A stretch of DNA of 64,000 nucleotides from Octopus bimaculoides (Eukaryota), in contig NC_068987.1 in assembly GCF_001194135.2 (NCBI RefSeq), forward strand, positions 49,403,290 to 49,467,289, written 5' to 3'. The notes under the pieces were generated by a model, which saw only the letters and a list, made by a program, of their open reading frames with translations, did not search any database and had not been told where the DNA came from. Position numbers and translations under genes: made by a program. Shown here in pieces: positions 61,851 through 64,000 of the stretch; position 1 is the stretch's first letter; each line of letters begins with the position of its first letter.

Positions 61851-63156
61851 TTGAGTCATCTCATAAATAATGCGGTTTTTTTTTCAATTGCATGAACTAA
61901 AAGTTGGAGTGGGGACAGGATAAACTACCTGCATCAACTTGCTATAAAAGCAGGTTGTAATTTTTTCTTAGTGCAAGTTTTGAAGAGTGCAGTTGATTTT
62001 AACAGTTATTTTTTCAAAACCATAATGGAAGTGACAAAGGAACATATTCGACATGTTCTGCTTTTTGAGTTCAATAAAGGCAACAACACAACAGAAAGTG
62101 CAAGGAATATTAATGCAGTAAATGGGGATCGGACAATAAGTGTAAATCAGTGTCAACGGTGGTTCCAGAAATACCGAGCTGGAAACTACAGCCTAGAAAA
62201 TGAGCCTCAACCTGGAAGATCTGTAGAGCTCGACGAGGACATCCTGCAAACCCTGGTAGAACAAAATCCCATTGTTACTGTTGAGGAACTAGCAGAGAAG
62301 CTTGGATTTGGTCATTCAACCATTCATCAACACCTGTGTGCCATCAGAAAAGTCAACAAATTGGGTTGATGTGTTCCTCACAAAATTTCCAAGTCTAATT
62401 GTGTGCAGAGAGTGAATGTGTGCTCTTCTTTGCAGTCACATCTCCCGAATGAACCTTTTTTGGACTGAATAGTGACTGGTGATGCAAAATGGGTTCTCTA
62501 TAAAAATGTCAAGTGCTGAAGACAGTGAATAGGGCAAGGAGAAACACTGGCACTCCATTCTAAAGAATGTCTTCACCCACGTAAGGTGTTGTCGAGATAT
62601 GAAAGGTTTAGTCCACTTTGAACTTTTAAACCCAAAACAAATTATAGCAAAGGAGATCTACTGCAAGCAGCTTGAGCAGCTTAAGTCAGCGCTAAAAGGA
62701 AAATGACCACCTTTGGTTTCAAGACAAAAAGTGCTCTTCCATCAGGAAAATGCTTGGCCACATACAGTGAGGATGACATTCAAAAGGCTGGAGCAGTTTG
62801 AATAGGAAACAATACCGCACCCACCATATTTACCAGACATTGCCCCCATTTGATTATCATTTATTCTGCAGTCTTCAAAATCATTTGGATGGGGAAAATA
62901 TGAATCTTGTAGACAAGGTCAGAACAGTACTAGAGGAGTATTTTTTTTTTTGTCATGGACAAGTGAATTTTGAAAGAGGGGGCCTTGTAAATCTACCAGA
63001 TAAATGGAAGAGCAGTGTAGAAAATGAAGGAGAGTATATTTTAGATTAAAAAAGAACTTTGTTTATCTTAATTTTGAAAAATAAAAGAAGTATAAAAAAA
63101 CTGCATTATCAAAGGATGACCCAATACAATACCGCATTATTTATGGGATGACCCAT
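61851..63156 (+). mobile_element. Near full-length decayed mariner (Hsmar1/Mos1-like)
   Basis: TIRs 'gagtcatctcataaataatgcggt' / 'accgcattatttatgggatgaccc'. Motifs MEVTKEHIRHVLLFEF, IVTGDAKWVLY, LPPFDYHLF. Multiple stops. Confidence 0.9.
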
Positions 63157-64000
63157 CATCATCATCATTGTCGTTTAACGTCCGCTTTCCATGCTGACAT
63201 GGGTTCAGCGGTTTGACTGAGGGCTGGCAAACCAGAAGGCTGCACCAGGCTCCAATCTGATCTGGCAGAGTTTCTACAACTGGTGCCCTTCCTAGTGCTA
63301 ACCACTCCGCTTTTTACATGCCACCGGCATGAGGGCCAGTCAGGCAGTACTGGCATCAACCACGCTTCAATGGTACACTTTACATGCCACCAGCATGGGA
63401 GCCACTCAGGTGGCACTGGCAACAATCACCCTCGAATGGTGCTTTTTACATGCCACCAGCATGGGACCAGTCAAGTAGCACTGGCATCGACCATGCTCGA
63501 ATGGTGCTTTTTACGTGCCACCGACACAGGTGCCAATCACGTGTTATTGTCATCGGCCATGACAATGACTTCACTTGACTCAACAGGTCTTCACAAGTGC
63601 AGTTTATTGCCCAGTGATTAAAGGGTACTCTTAGATGGGCTGGTTAGGCTGCACTGGCATAGGTCACGGTTACAGTCTCACTTGGCTTACTGGGTTTTCT
63701 CAAGCACAGTTATCTCCAAAGGTCTCAGTCACTTGTCATTGCCTTAGTGAAGCTGAACGCTCAAAGGTTCTGCTTCACCACCTCATCCCAGGTCTTCTTG
63801 GGTCTATCTCTTCCACAGGTTCCCTCTACTGCTAGAGTGTGACACTTTTTCACACAGCTGTCCTCATCCATACGCAACACATGACCATACCAGCGCAGTT
63901 GTCTCTCTTGCACACCACATCTGATAATTCTTATGTCCAATTTTTCTCTCAGGGCGCTTACACTCTGTCGTGTATGCACACTGACATTACACATCCAGCA
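63155..64000 (-). mobile_element. RTE LINE 3' portion running out of the window
   Basis: ORF end LRWYGHVLRMDEDSCVKKC...GRDRPKKTWDEVVKQ. The 3' UTR carries tandem units of about 66 bp and ends in (GAT)n. Confidence 0.9.

Overview
This is eukaryotic, AT-rich, repeat-dominated DNA with 12 assembly gaps. The SINE, RTE and microsatellite repertoire strongly suggests an octopus genome (inference, no database check). There are no prokaryotic operons, CRISPR arrays, rRNA genes or genuine tRNA genes. Most ORFs in the supplied track are artefacts of N-runs, microsatellites or decayed transposons. Well-supported content: several tRNA-derived SINE families, RTE, R4/Dong-like and CR1-like LINE remnants, four mariner remnants, a Tc1 with DD36E spacing, a hAT remnant, three Helitron remnants, and several MITE or fold-back elements. 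No host gene could be named. Weak candidate exons exist on both strands, and a CpG-retaining domain at about 41.2-54.9 kb holds two promoter-like regions (about 43.2-43.7 kb and about 54 kb). The most notable observations are a decayed hammerhead-like fold with a G3-C8 core swap in a Penelope-like tail, the CpG domain boundary, (AAT)n-targeted retroelement stacking, the DD36E Tc1 and long hairpins. None of these is demonstrated to be a new biological system. All counts and alignments were done by eye, and repeat boundaries are approximate unless termini are quoted.
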